DNA of 64,000 nt from Limisphaerales bacterium (GTDB lineage Bacteria > Verrucomicrobiota > Verrucomicrobiia > Limisphaerales > AAA164-E04): assembly GCA_965227305.1 (NCBI GenBank), contig OZ245740.1, forward strand, positions 9,302,512-9,366,511, in the 5' to 3' direction. Of the stretch, positions 1 through 8,056 are shown piece after piece (within the stretch, counting starts at the first letter, position 1; every line of letters begins with the position of its first letter). Under the pieces are notes generated by a model. The model ran no database searches. It saw only the letters and a program-made list of their open reading frames with translations, and was not told the origin of the DNA. The translations under genes were made by a program, and so were the position numbers.

Positions 1-1347
1 ATCACGGGCTTGGAATACTATGTGAACGAAGATCCGGGTGAAGGGAATGGCATCCCGTTGGCGATTGATCAGGAAGAGTTTGTCTTGCCGGTGGAAGGGC
101 TGGAGCCGGGAACGCACTTCCTGACGGTTCGCGCCAAAGAAGAGGTCGAGGGCGAAACGCTTTGGAGTCATCATCACACGGTGCCGTTCACCATCCGAGG
201 GGTGGATGAGGAACAACAACTGACCTCCCTATCCTATTTCTTCGATGACGACCCGGGCGATGGCAATCGGATTCCGCTGAGCCCGGCAGCGGCGGAAGTT
301 GAAATCCCGGTTGAGGGATTGGCCCCGGGGCCGCATCGCTTGGAATTTCGGATTGCCGAGACGTTTCGCGGTGAAGTGCGACCGAGTGGCTCGGTCAACG
401 TGCCGATCGCAGTCGATCCCGAGGATTTTACCGGGCGGAATACGCGGTTGGAGTATTACGTTGGCGACGATCCCGGATTTGGCAATGGGACCCCGTTGCC
501 GCTTGAGGGTGGGCTACTTGACATTCCCGCTTCGGGGTTGGCGCCGGGGTATCATTTGTTGACCGTTCGAGCACTGCAGGCGGGTCCCGGTGAGATGGAT
601 TGGAGTCTCGGCACGCAGCATGGGTTTGAGGTGCTGCCGAGTACGGCTACGGATGATGTGGAAACTGAATTGGCCGAGATCCGGTTCCAGTTCTTAACGG
701 GCGCGGGTCAGCTCACCGAGCCGATGGTGATGAATGCCGCGGGGAACGCCCTCTTTGATGGTTCGGTGGATGTCGTCTCGGATCTGCTGCGCCAACCCGG
801 TGTCCTTATCGGACGAGCGATCGCGGTGAACGTGCTCGGGCAGGAAAGTTCGGCGGCGTGGTTCGAGATTACCGTGGATGGGGATTTCACCTCGCCGTGG
901 CGCAATTGGCTGGCGCTTCATTTTTCCGAGGATCAGTTGAACGATGAAAGCATCACGGGACCCAATGCGGATCCCGATGCGGATGGGGTTCCTAATCTTC
1001 TGGAGCTGGCTACGGGAGGGGATCCTCTGAGCCCGGACACGACGGTCGGTTTGGTGGAACTGAGCCGAGCGGCGGATGGTTCGCTGGAGCTGCGGACCCG
1101 GGCCTTGTCGCGGGCGACGGCTTCCACCGAGGTGCCTTACGAATCGCAAGGATTGCGGTACGAGATCGAGTCCGCATCGGACGGCTTCAACAACTGGGCG
1201 ATCGAAGCCCTGCAACTCGCTCAGGAGCCTGCGGCCATCGATGAGACGGTTTCTGAATTGATCTTTCAAATCCCGTTCGAACCGGCGGAAGTCGCACCGC
1301 AGATCTTTCGATTGCGGGTGTCGCCCACCGATTCCTTTCAATTTTAA
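1..1347 (+). CDS. secreted repeat-domain protein (5' end lies outside the window)
   Basis: Frame 1 is open from nt 1 (ITGLEYYVNEDPG...) to the stop at 1345-1347. It has three ~70-aa internal repeats (LEYY/LSYF-x2-DDPG-x-GN-x-PL ... GL-x-PG-x-H-x-L-x-(V/F)R) and a C-terminal acidic motif, DPDADGVPNLLELATGGDP. Function unknown. Confidence 0.6.
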   Translation: MTGLEYYVNEDPGEGNGIPLAIDQEEFVLPVEGLEPGTHFLTVRAKEEVEGETLWSHHHTVPFTIRGVDEEQQLTSLSYFFDDDPGDGNRIPLSPAAAEVEIPVEGLAPGPHRLEFRIAETFRGEVRPSGSVNVPIAVDPEDFTGRNTRLEYYVGDDPGFGNGTPLPLEGGLLDIPASGLAPGYHLLTVRALQAGPGEMDWSLGTQHGFEVLPSTATDDVETELAEIRFQFLTGAGQLTEPMVMNAAGNALFDGSVDVVSDLLRQPGVLIGRAIAVNVLGQESSAAWFEITVDGDFTSPWRNWLALHFSEDQLNDESITGPNADPDADGVPNLLELATGGDPLSPDTTVGLVELSRAADGSLELRTRALSRATASTEVPYESQGLRYEIESASDGFNNWAIEALQLAQEPAAIDETVSELIFQIPFEPAEVAPQIFRLRVSPTDSFQF

Positions 1348-1373
1348 ACTAAGTAAGAGAAACGCTGATACAC

Positions 1374-2432
1374 ATGCATAACACGACCTATCGAATCCGA
1401 ACCTCCGCGTTGGTTCTTGGGCTGATCGCCTTTGTGGTGAGCACGGCTCAAGCCGCCATCATTCGTATCGACAACCGCCAGGGCCGTCCGACGGATTTCC
1501 CCGATCTGGGCACGGCTATTAGTAAGGCACAAGCCGGTGACACGATTTACGTGGCGGGCTCGACGGATAATTACGGGGTGGGCAAGGAGATCATTGTTAA
1601 CAAGCCCTTGAAACTGGTTGGTCCGGGTTACTTCTTGGATGACAACTTCCCGCGGAACCGGACGGAGTCGTTTCCGGCTTGGATTGTGGATCTTCGGATC
1701 GCAACGGAGGGGGCAGGGACTGAGGTGACGGGTTTGTCGATTCAGAGGCTTGAGGTCAATGCCGATGATTGTTTCATCCATCGGTGTTTTTTTGACACAG
1801 TGTTTATTGGTAGGGGGCGGAGCGTGGCTCGTACTCGTGTTCATCAGAGCTACTTTTCGTTTGATAACGATGGTAACACGAGCCTCCAATGGAATGGGCG
1901 CGATCTAATGTTCTCGAACAACCTGTTTATTGTGGATAATGAAGAAGAAATCACCGATACACGCTTCGGTATTGAGAATAGCGTCGATTCAACTGCAACC
2001 TTCTCGCATAACACCATTCTGAACGCTGAGATAGTGCAACATCGTTCGGGGTCGCAGACGACTTTTGAGGGAAATATTCTCTACCTTGCTAACAGTTCCC
2101 GCTTTAACCTCTTTCTGGAAGATAACGTTCGCATTAGTGAAAACAATATCGTCGGTCACTTGGATGGTCAGCGATACAACGCTCCGATACTGGACGAGAT
2201 CTTCCTTCGGACGGGATCCTCTGACGTCCGCTGGCAGTTGGGCTTGTCGGCCGAGAATCCCGCGCGCGGTGCCGGAGGCTTTGGTGAGGATCTCGGGGCT
2301 TTCGGGGGGCAGACGCCGTATGTGATTTCCGGCATCCCGCCGATCCCGCATTTCGAAATCTTTGAGGCTCAGTCCACCGTGGGACCGACCGGAACGCTGA
2401 AGGTCCGGCTCCGAGCCAAAGGCGGAGAGTAA
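1374..2432 (+). CDS. secreted protein, possible right-handed beta-helix fold
   Basis: 352-aa ORF starting 26 nt after the previous stop, with a signal-peptide-like N-terminus (SALVLGLIAFVVSTAQA). The ISKAQAGDTIYVAGS segment resembles beta-helix/pectate-lyase-like proteins (from memory, unverified). A strong hairpin follows the gene. Confidence 0.55.
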   Translation: MHNTTYRIRTSALVLGLIAFVVSTAQAAIIRIDNRQGRPTDFPDLGTAISKAQAGDTIYVAGSTDNYGVGKEIIVNKPLKLVGPGYFLDDNFPRNRTESFPAWIVDLRIATEGAGTEVTGLSIQRLEVNADDCFIHRCFFDTVFIGRGRSVARTRVHQSYFSFDNDGNTSLQWNGRDLMFSNNLFIVDNEEEITDTRFGIENSVDSTATFSHNTILNAEIVQHRSGSQTTFEGNILYLANSSRFNLFLEDNVRISENNIVGHLDGQRYNAPILDEIFLRTGSSDVRWQLGLSAENPARGAGGFGEDLGAFGGQTPYVISGIPPIPHFEIFEAQSTVGPTGTLKVRLRAKGGE

Positions 2433-2451
2433 GGTCGCGCGGTTTGAATTC

Positions 2452-2491
2452 AATCCCCGCCTCAAGAGGTTGAGGCGGGGATTCCCTTTGG
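2452..2491 (+). terminator. hairpin terminator after the 1374..2432 gene
   Basis: Perfect 14-bp stem AATCCCCGCCTCAA / TTGAGGCGGGGATT (2452-2465 / 2470-2483) with a GAGG loop, then CCCTTTGG. It begins 20 nt after the stop codon. Confidence 0.6.
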
Positions 2492-2494
2492 TTG

Positions 2495-2596
2495 GGCGAG
2501 CGTACTCGCGAGCCGTTCCTGCCCAGAGGGTTCTTGTGGGCCTAGGGTGTTTTGCGGACGCTTCTCTTGCCCAACGGCTCGCGGGTACGCTCGTCC
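2495..2596. repeat. inverted doublet of a REP-like element (REPIN-like)
   Basis: GGCGAGCGTACTCGCGAGCCGTT (2495-2517) and its near reverse complement CTTGCCCAACGGCTCGCGGGTACGCTCGTCC (2566-2596) flank a ~48-bp spacer. The same ~30-bp motif recurs at 9567-9596 and 29741-29767, and as split halves around the hairpin elements at 13.3 and 29.4 kb. Confidence 0.75.
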
Positions 2597-2690
2597 CACC
2601 GTTTGCCCAGCTTTGCCTTGCCCGGGGGGGGGCGCCCTTGTTTGTAGAAGGCGATTGACTTGGTGTCTGGGAAGTCCCTTAGTGGGGGAT

Positions 2691-4535
2691 ATGAATCGAG
2701 GGTTCGTTTGTTTCTGCCTTTTTCTTTGGTCCGCAGCTGCTGTCTCTGCGGATAACGGTCCTACTCCGCTCTTTAACTGGAGCTTTCAGGAGAAGTTTCA
2801 GTCCGAAGGCGGCCTTCAGGCACAGAAGGGTTTCACGCTGCCGCTCGACCAAGGAAAAACACTCCCCACTCCGCGTGGGTTGGCGCTGCTGGAACGGCGG
2901 ACGACTTCGGCCGTGCCCGCCGAAGGGCTCGATCTTCCGACTGGGAATCTCACCGTGTCAGCCTGGTTCAGCGTCCATGAACCGATTGTCTACGGGGGCA
3001 TCGTCGGCGCCCAGGAGGACAACGGGAATGCCGAAACGGGTTGGGTGTTGGGCTACGATCAATCCCGCTTCTACTTTGCCCTTTCGACGGACGCGACCAA
3101 TGACGGCGATGGTCGACTGGTCTTTCTGCGCTCGACCACCCGTTTCACTAAGGGCCGATTGTACCACGTGGTGGGGACCTATGATGGGGACCAAGCCGTC
3201 ATCTATGTGAATGGGAAACGGGAACAAGCCACGGATGCCGTGGGCGGTGGGATCGTTTACGAAAAAGGCACGCAGTTCGCCGTGGCGGGATACCGGGATC
3301 GCAATGAGGACTATCCCCATATCGGTGAGGTCGTGTCGGTTCAGGTCTATGATGTGACCGCCAAAGCAAAGTGGGTGGAACAAGAGTTCGCGCACAATGC
3401 CGCGCTCGCAAACGAGAAGCCGTTTGATCTGGAGGCGCACAAGCCATTCGAATTGTTGATTTCGCCGTACCTTCAGTTCGGCACGCGGACGGACATCACC
3501 GTGATGTGGGAGACGTCGAAGGCCTCGGTTGGGGAAGTGCGGTTTGGGGAGACGGCTGAGTGCGCTCAATCCGTCACCGGAGCGGACTTCGCCACGATTC
3601 ACGAGATCCAACTGACGGGACTGAAAGTGGGCACTCAGTATTTTTACCGGACGATTTCCACTTATGAGGGCGGGCAAGGAAGACAACAAATCGAGTCTGA
3701 AGTGCGGACCTTTCAGACGGATTCGACCCCGGATGCCGCATTTGCCTTTGCCATTATCAGCGATACGCAGGGGAATCCGGACGTTGCGGGCGCGTTGGCG
3801 AGTATGGCTTGGGAGCACCGTCCCAATTTCCTGCTCCTGCCGGGCGATCTGGTATCCACCGGCGGTGTGAAGAGCCAGTGGGTGAATGAGTTCTTTTTCA
3901 GCATGGAACCACTCATCTCCCGGGTGCCGTTCTTTCCCGTGTTGGGGAATCATGAGCAGAACGCGATGAACTACTACAACTATGCCTCGCTTCCCGAGCC
4001 GGAGTATTTTTACACGTTCCAACGGGGGAACGCTCAGTTCTTCATGATCGACACAAACAAACGGTGTGACCCCGGATCCGAGCAATACCAATGGCTGGAG
4101 AAAACCCTAGCCGCCTCCAAGGCGCAGTGGAAATTCATTTGCCATCACCATCCTCCTTATTCTTCCGACGAAAACGACTACGGCGATCTTTGGACGCAGA
4201 ACAAGAGTCGGCGTGGAGATCTGAATGCCCGCAACCTATCGGCGCTCTATGATCAATACGGAGTAGATATCGTTTGGACGGGGCACATTCATTCCTACGA
4301 ACGAACCTGGCGCATCAGAGCCGGTCGCCCGGTCCAAGAGGGCGGTCCCATCTACATGATCACGGGCGGCGGTGGCGGACCGCTTGAGACTCCCGGGCCG
4401 TTCCGGACCCCATTCGCCAACCTAGTCCGTCGCGGCCACCACTACGCCATGGTTTGGATCAACGGCGGGCAATTTGAGTTCAAGGCTTACGATTTGGAAG
4501 GGCGGCTTTTCGATACGTTCTCGATTCGTAAATGA
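2691..4535 (+). CDS. secreted LamG-domain / purple-acid-phosphatase-like metallophosphoesterase
   Basis: The ATG at 2691 gives signal peptide MNRGFVCFCLFLWSAAAVSA; the track start at 2547 lies inside the REP doublet. The protein has a LamG-like segment (LTVSAWF...LYHVVGTYDGDQAVIYVNG) and metallophosphoesterase motifs GDLVSTGG, GNHE, HHHPPYSS, GHIHSYER. Confidence 0.8.
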   Translation: MNRGFVCFCLFLWSAAAVSADNGPTPLFNWSFQEKFQSEGGLQAQKGFTLPLDQGKTLPTPRGLALLERRTTSAVPAEGLDLPTGNLTVSAWFSVHEPIVYGGIVGAQEDNGNAETGWVLGYDQSRFYFALSTDATNDGDGRLVFLRSTTRFTKGRLYHVVGTYDGDQAVIYVNGKREQATDAVGGGIVYEKGTQFAVAGYRDRNEDYPHIGEVVSVQVYDVTAKAKWVEQEFAHNAALANEKPFDLEAHKPFELLISPYLQFGTRTDITVMWETSKASVGEVRFGETAECAQSVTGADFATIHEIQLTGLKVGTQYFYRTISTYEGGQGRQQIESEVRTFQTDSTPDAAFAFAIISDTQGNPDVAGALASMAWEHRPNFLLLPGDLVSTGGVKSQWVNEFFFSMEPLISRVPFFPVLGNHEQNAMNYYNYASLPEPEYFYTFQRGNAQFFMIDTNKRCDPGSEQYQWLEKTLAASKAQWKFICHHHPPYSSDENDYGDLWTQNKSRRGDLNARNLSALYDQYGVDIVWTGHIHSYERTWRIRAGRPVQEGGPIYMITGGGGGPLETPGPFRTPFANLVRRGHHYAMVWINGGQFEFKAYDLEGRLFDTFSIRK

Positions 4536-4622
4536 AAGGCTATGTGGGAGTCTATGATGGGTGGCAGATAGGGGGCTGCTGCGATCATGCTCAATCCGTC
4601 TGGAGGAAATAGGCAAGTGGGA

Positions 4623-7217
4623 TTAGAAGGCACCTTCCGGCGCGGGGGCGTATTTGGATTCGAACAAATGCTTGTAGGGTTGCCCTATTTGTTCGAAGGA
4701 TCCGCTCATGGATTCCGGTTTGCCATTGCTATCCAGAGACTGAATCTCACATCTCACGCCGCCTGCGCCTTGGTGGACGGCAATTCCTATTTTAAGAGAC
4801 TGGGTTCCCTCTTCTAGCCAGATTGGATCGTTATATCGTCGTCTCATGAGTCTGGCATTGGATCCCTGACTCCGCATCAGCTGGATGAGAGCGATATGAT
4901 ATCTTTGAGGGGGAATTCGAGTTCGCATGAGAGCATCGATAATCTGAGCCCTGCGGGCACCGAGTTGATCTGTCAATTTATTCCGCCACGCCTCTTTGAG
5001 TGCTCTGGCTTCGTTTGGGAAGGCCTTTAGCTCGTATTGGTAGGTCGGGTGATCAAGCGGGTGGAGATTCTTCTTCTCCAACGCATGGAATCGGCTCTCG
5101 AATTCATGGTAGGTTCGGGTTACGAAGTTGATTTGCTTTTCCGTTAGCCCAAGCAAGGCGACGGTGCCGTTGGAGAGTTGGCCCGCCAGGTTCAACCCGG
5201 GAATGCCCAGTGTCGGAATCATGGATTTCGGTATATCACGATAGGGCTGGCCTTCAACGAAGTGAACGAGCTGCGACTCCTGTAGTTCCGAATAGTCTTC
5301 AAGGTGTTCCTCTTGATAGATCTGGATTGGTTCGTCTCCATCATCAAGGCTTTGTCTAACTCTTGCCCGCCATTGGGCCAAGATGGGTTTCATGCTGTCC
5401 GGAGCGTGTTGGTCCCACTCTGGCGGAAAGGGGCGGCCGCTACGACTCTGGCTGAAGTCGGCATCTTTTGCTTGGTGAAGCCCGATCTCCAGTTGGGTTC
5501 CGAGATCCTCCAAGCGGAAGGTGTAGTGATGGGAAAAGTGTTCTGGATTCTCAAGGTTGGAGGCGATCCATAACGCATTGGCTCGTTCCGTGCCCAAGAC
5601 GGATTCCAGTGTGGCTTTTAGACGGGCTCGGATCGCGCTGATTTTTTGGGGTTTGGGCGGAATCAACCGGAAGGTATGTGCTTCGAGGATTCTCTGAACA
5701 AGTCCGCCGGTTTGGAGGTTTGGGTGATAGTTTTCCGACTCGGGTTGCATCTGGGAGAACTTGAGTTGAAGCATTTCGTGGAAATACGCGGACAGGGCTT
5801 CGTTTATCTTCAAGGCGGTTTGGCGCGTGATTCCATTCGCTTTGGCGAACGGTACTGTGACTGCAACGCCATTGGTTCTTCCCGGTGTTGGGGTCGTGGA
5901 CGGGAGGCTCGACTGGTTCAGTAGGGCTCGGGGAACTCGTTGGAAATCGGAATCTTCGACCCACGGAAAGTAACGCACTTCGCCCTCGATTTCTCGCTCA
6001 AGGACTTGCAGTTCTAGGTTCTCCGGGTAAGGCGTGAAGTTTCTTGGGGTTGATGCTTCCACGCTTGGGCTTTCATTGAACCCGTCGGTATTCCCAACAT
6101 TGGCTTGCGGATCGCCCAGCCCATTGGAGAGGAAGGTGGTCAAGCAGAGACAGGCTGCCGTAAAAAGTCGACTACCGTTTCGCGACAATGGTGCGAGCGT
6201 GATGGAGTGGTCTGAGCGGCGATCCAGTAGAAACTCGATCCGTTGCACGAGTTGATGCTTTCGAAACCCGATGGAAAGCCCGCTGACTCCGGCGGTATGG
6301 GAGGAAAAGGACTGTGAGATCTTTGCCAGCGTTTTTGAAAATTCGAGTCCGCTCCATTCCTGAAGGACGTGATTGTCGCAGAGTTCTTCGCGCGCATGTT
6401 CGAGCTCTCGGTTCATCCAGTACACCAGAGGGTTCGGCCAATAGAACATCTGCGCCAGACGTTGGAGGAGGAGCACCCACGCGTCGCCGCGTTGAATGTG
6501 TGCGCATTCATGTGTTAGGACTTGTTCGAGTTCTGCTTCGGACAGGGTGCGTTCAATCGTGTCCGGTAGGATGATTATCGGGTGCCGCCATCCGAGCACC
6601 ATGGGAATACTCGTGCCCTCGGAAACGCGAACCGTCGGAATGGCGTCGAGACGAACCTGGGCTGCAACCCGTGCTAAACAGGCTTGTCCGGTCTTGCTCT
6701 TGAAGGCCGACGAATTGGCCTCGATTTGGCGTAGTCGACGCCACCCTAGAGTCCATCGAAGGGCCCAAAATATCAGCCCGGCAATCCAGAGGCAGAGAAC
6801 CAGAAAAGGCCACGGCGACGGAGCAGTGCGGTTTGAGGCGAACGACTCGGAACCGGCAGGTGCCTGCCTGATCCCAGGCTGTAGGAGGGGCACCATTGTT
6901 GGTGAATCGGCTTGGCCCCAGTCAAGGGCATTGCCGGCGAAGTCTTGTTGGTGGCTCAAGTGGTCCGACGCGGCTTGTGACATCACGGGGTGAGCGTTTC
7001 GCATCCAATCCGGCGACCACCGCCAGTTTAACTCCTTGGAAAGCAGCACGGTCGCTGGTAGGAGGATGACAGCCCACAAGACTCCCAACCAAACCTGATG
7101 ACGCCAGCGCGGGCTGTGTTTGCCGAGCAGCCATGCGATAAACGCGCCTAGCAGAATCAGCCCCGACGAGGTGATGATGATTTGGATCAGCCCACTGAAG
7201 ACGGTATTAGTGTTCAT
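4623..7217 (-). CDS. BlaR1/MecR1-type (M56) membrane signal-transducer protease homolog with a long unknown C-terminal region
   Basis: N-terminal TM segments and HECAHIQRGD (the HExxH of the M56 family). Its ATG overlaps the stop of the upstream BlaI-like gene (ATGA at 7214-7217). I recognise no motif in the ~560-aa C-terminal part. Confidence 0.75.
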   Translation of the reverse strand: MNTNTVFSGLIQIIITSSGLILLGAFIAWLLGKHSPRWRHQVWLGVLWAVILLPATVLLSKELNWRWSPDWMRNAHPVMSQAASDHLSHQQDFAGNALDWGQADSPTMVPLLQPGIRQAPAGSESFASNRTAPSPWPFLVLCLWIAGLIFWALRWTLGWRRLRQIEANSSAFKSKTGQACLARVAAQVRLDAIPTVRVSEGTSIPMVLGWRHPIIILPDTIERTLSEAELEQVLTHECAHIQRGDAWVLLLQRLAQMFYWPNPLVYWMNRELEHAREELCDNHVLQEWSGLEFSKTLAKISQSFSSHTAGVSGLSIGFRKHQLVQRIEFLLDRRSDHSITLAPLSRNGSRLFTAACLCLTTFLSNGLGDPQANVGNTDGFNESPSVEASTPRNFTPYPENLELQVLEREIEGEVRYFPWVEDSDFQRVPRALLNQSSLPSTTPTPGRTNGVAVTVPFAKANGITRQTALKINEALSAYFHEMLQLKFSQMQPESENYHPNLQTGGLVQRILEAHTFRLIPPKPQKISAIRARLKATLESVLGTERANALWIASNLENPEHFSHHYTFRLEDLGTQLEIGLHQAKDADFSQSRSGRPFPPEWDQHAPDSMKPILAQWRARVRQSLDDGDEPIQIYQEEHLEDYSELQESQLVHFVEGQPYRDIPKSMIPTLGIPGLNLAGQLSNGTVALLGLTEKQINFVTRTYHEFESRFHALEKKNLHPLDHPTYQYELKAFPNEARALKEAWRNKLTDQLGARRAQIIDALMRTRIPPQRYHIALIQLMRSQGSNARLMRRRYNDPIWLEEGTQSLKIGIAVHQGAGGVRCEIQSLDSNGKPESMSGSFEQIGQPYKHLFESKYAPAPEGAF

Positions 7218-7627
7218 GGTTTTCGCTCTTTCTTGCCGGCGTCTTTGATCAGGCTTTGAATGTGGAGGGCTTCATCTTTGCTCAGTTCACGGGATTCGAG
7301 CAGGGTTAGAACCAGGTCGGCACTGGAACCTGAAAAAGCATTCTCAACCATTTGATTCAGCATGTCGCCGAGGGTCGCCTTTTGTGATGCGGTGGCAGAG
7401 TAGTAGTGGATTCCAGCTTTGAGACGACGTTTCAGCCAGCCCTTCTGGTTGAGCCGATCCATGAGCGTCAGGACGGTATTGCGGGCCACCGACCGTTTCT
7501 CAAGCAGCCTCTCCCGGACCTCACTGACGGTTGTCTCATCCTGCTTCCAAACTTCCTGCATGATCTCAAGCTGACTCGGCGAAAGATCTGGGAGGTCCGG
7601 CGTTTTGGTTTTCTTGGTGCGAGTCAT
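7214..7627 (-). CDS. BlaI/MecI/CopY-family winged-helix repressor
   Basis: The internal ATG at 7627 (MTRTKKTKTPDLPDLSPSQLEIMQEVWK...) gives a typical ~137-aa size. LSPSQLEIMQEVW...TVSEVRERL...ARNTVLTLMDRLNQKGWLKR matches the family pattern. Two TACAnnTGTA boxes lie just upstream. Confidence 0.8.
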   Translation of the reverse strand: MTRTKKTKTPDLPDLSPSQLEIMQEVWKQDETTVSEVRERLLEKRSVARNTVLTLMDRLNQKGWLKRRLKAGIHYYSATASQKATLGDMLNQMVENAFSGSSADLVLTLLESRELSKDEALHIQSLIKDAGKKERKP

Positions 7628-7658
7628 GGGTTCATTCTGAAGGCTTGATTTCGAGCTG

Positions 7659-7696
7659 CCTACAACTGTAGGTGGGAACATGCCTACAGTTGTAGG
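7659..7696. promoter_or_regulatory. two BlaI/CopY-type operator boxes (TACAnnTGTA)
   Basis: CCTACAACTGTAGG (7659-7672) and CCTACAGTTGTAGG (7683-7696) are both perfect 14-bp palindromes, 24 bp centre to centre. They lie 32-70 bp upstream of the repressor ATG at 7627. Confidence 0.7.
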
Positions 7697-7949
7697 CAGA
7701 GTCAATACAAGTGTTCGAAATTATTTGGTAGGCGCTAGTGGTGCCGAAGTTTTTGTGGGGTACCCGAGAGATCCGAATTTCATACGATCGGCCAGGACAG
7801 AGATTGTGCCGTCGCCGCCATGGAAACGTTTCTTGAATATCTCGATCCCCAGGCTTGTCTTGAGGCGGCTTGAGCTCTCGAAGGGGGTTAGTCGGGCACG
7901 AGTTCTGTTTTCTCCCGCTTCCGTAGTGAACTCGCAATGGTTCCGGATT

Positions 7950-7997
7950 CTCTCCGGATGATCTCAACGAAGTTTGCCCCGCTGATCATCCGGAGAG
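7950..7997 (-). terminator. hairpin downstream of the 8057..9514 gene (possible terminator, no U-tract)
   Basis: Perfect 14-bp stem CTCTCCGGATGATC (7950-7963) / GATCATCCGGAGAG (7984-7997) with a 20-nt loop, 60 nt past the stop of the minus-strand gene. No T-run follows. Confidence 0.35.
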
Positions 7998-8056
7998 CCG
8001 GGTGGCTGAATTTCTGGTTTTCGGTTACGCCGTGGCAAACGTCATCGTCCGTTCCC

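Noticed and set aside
2441-2483. GGTTTGAATTCAATCC looked superficially like a tRNA T-arm.
   Set aside because: No acceptor or anticodon arms can be folded around it. The sequence is the left side of the 14-bp terminator hairpin. I found no convincing tRNA anywhere in the window.
2470-2658. ORFs reading through the REP-like motif, which share the peptide AQRLAGTL(V/A)(P/L)P. Examples are 2470..2658, the 5' part of 2547..4535, and 9366..10043.
   Set aside because: The shared peptide is only the translation of an intergenic repeat. The ORFs have no start context, overlap better-supported genes or terminators, and the real phosphoesterase start with a signal peptide is at 2691.
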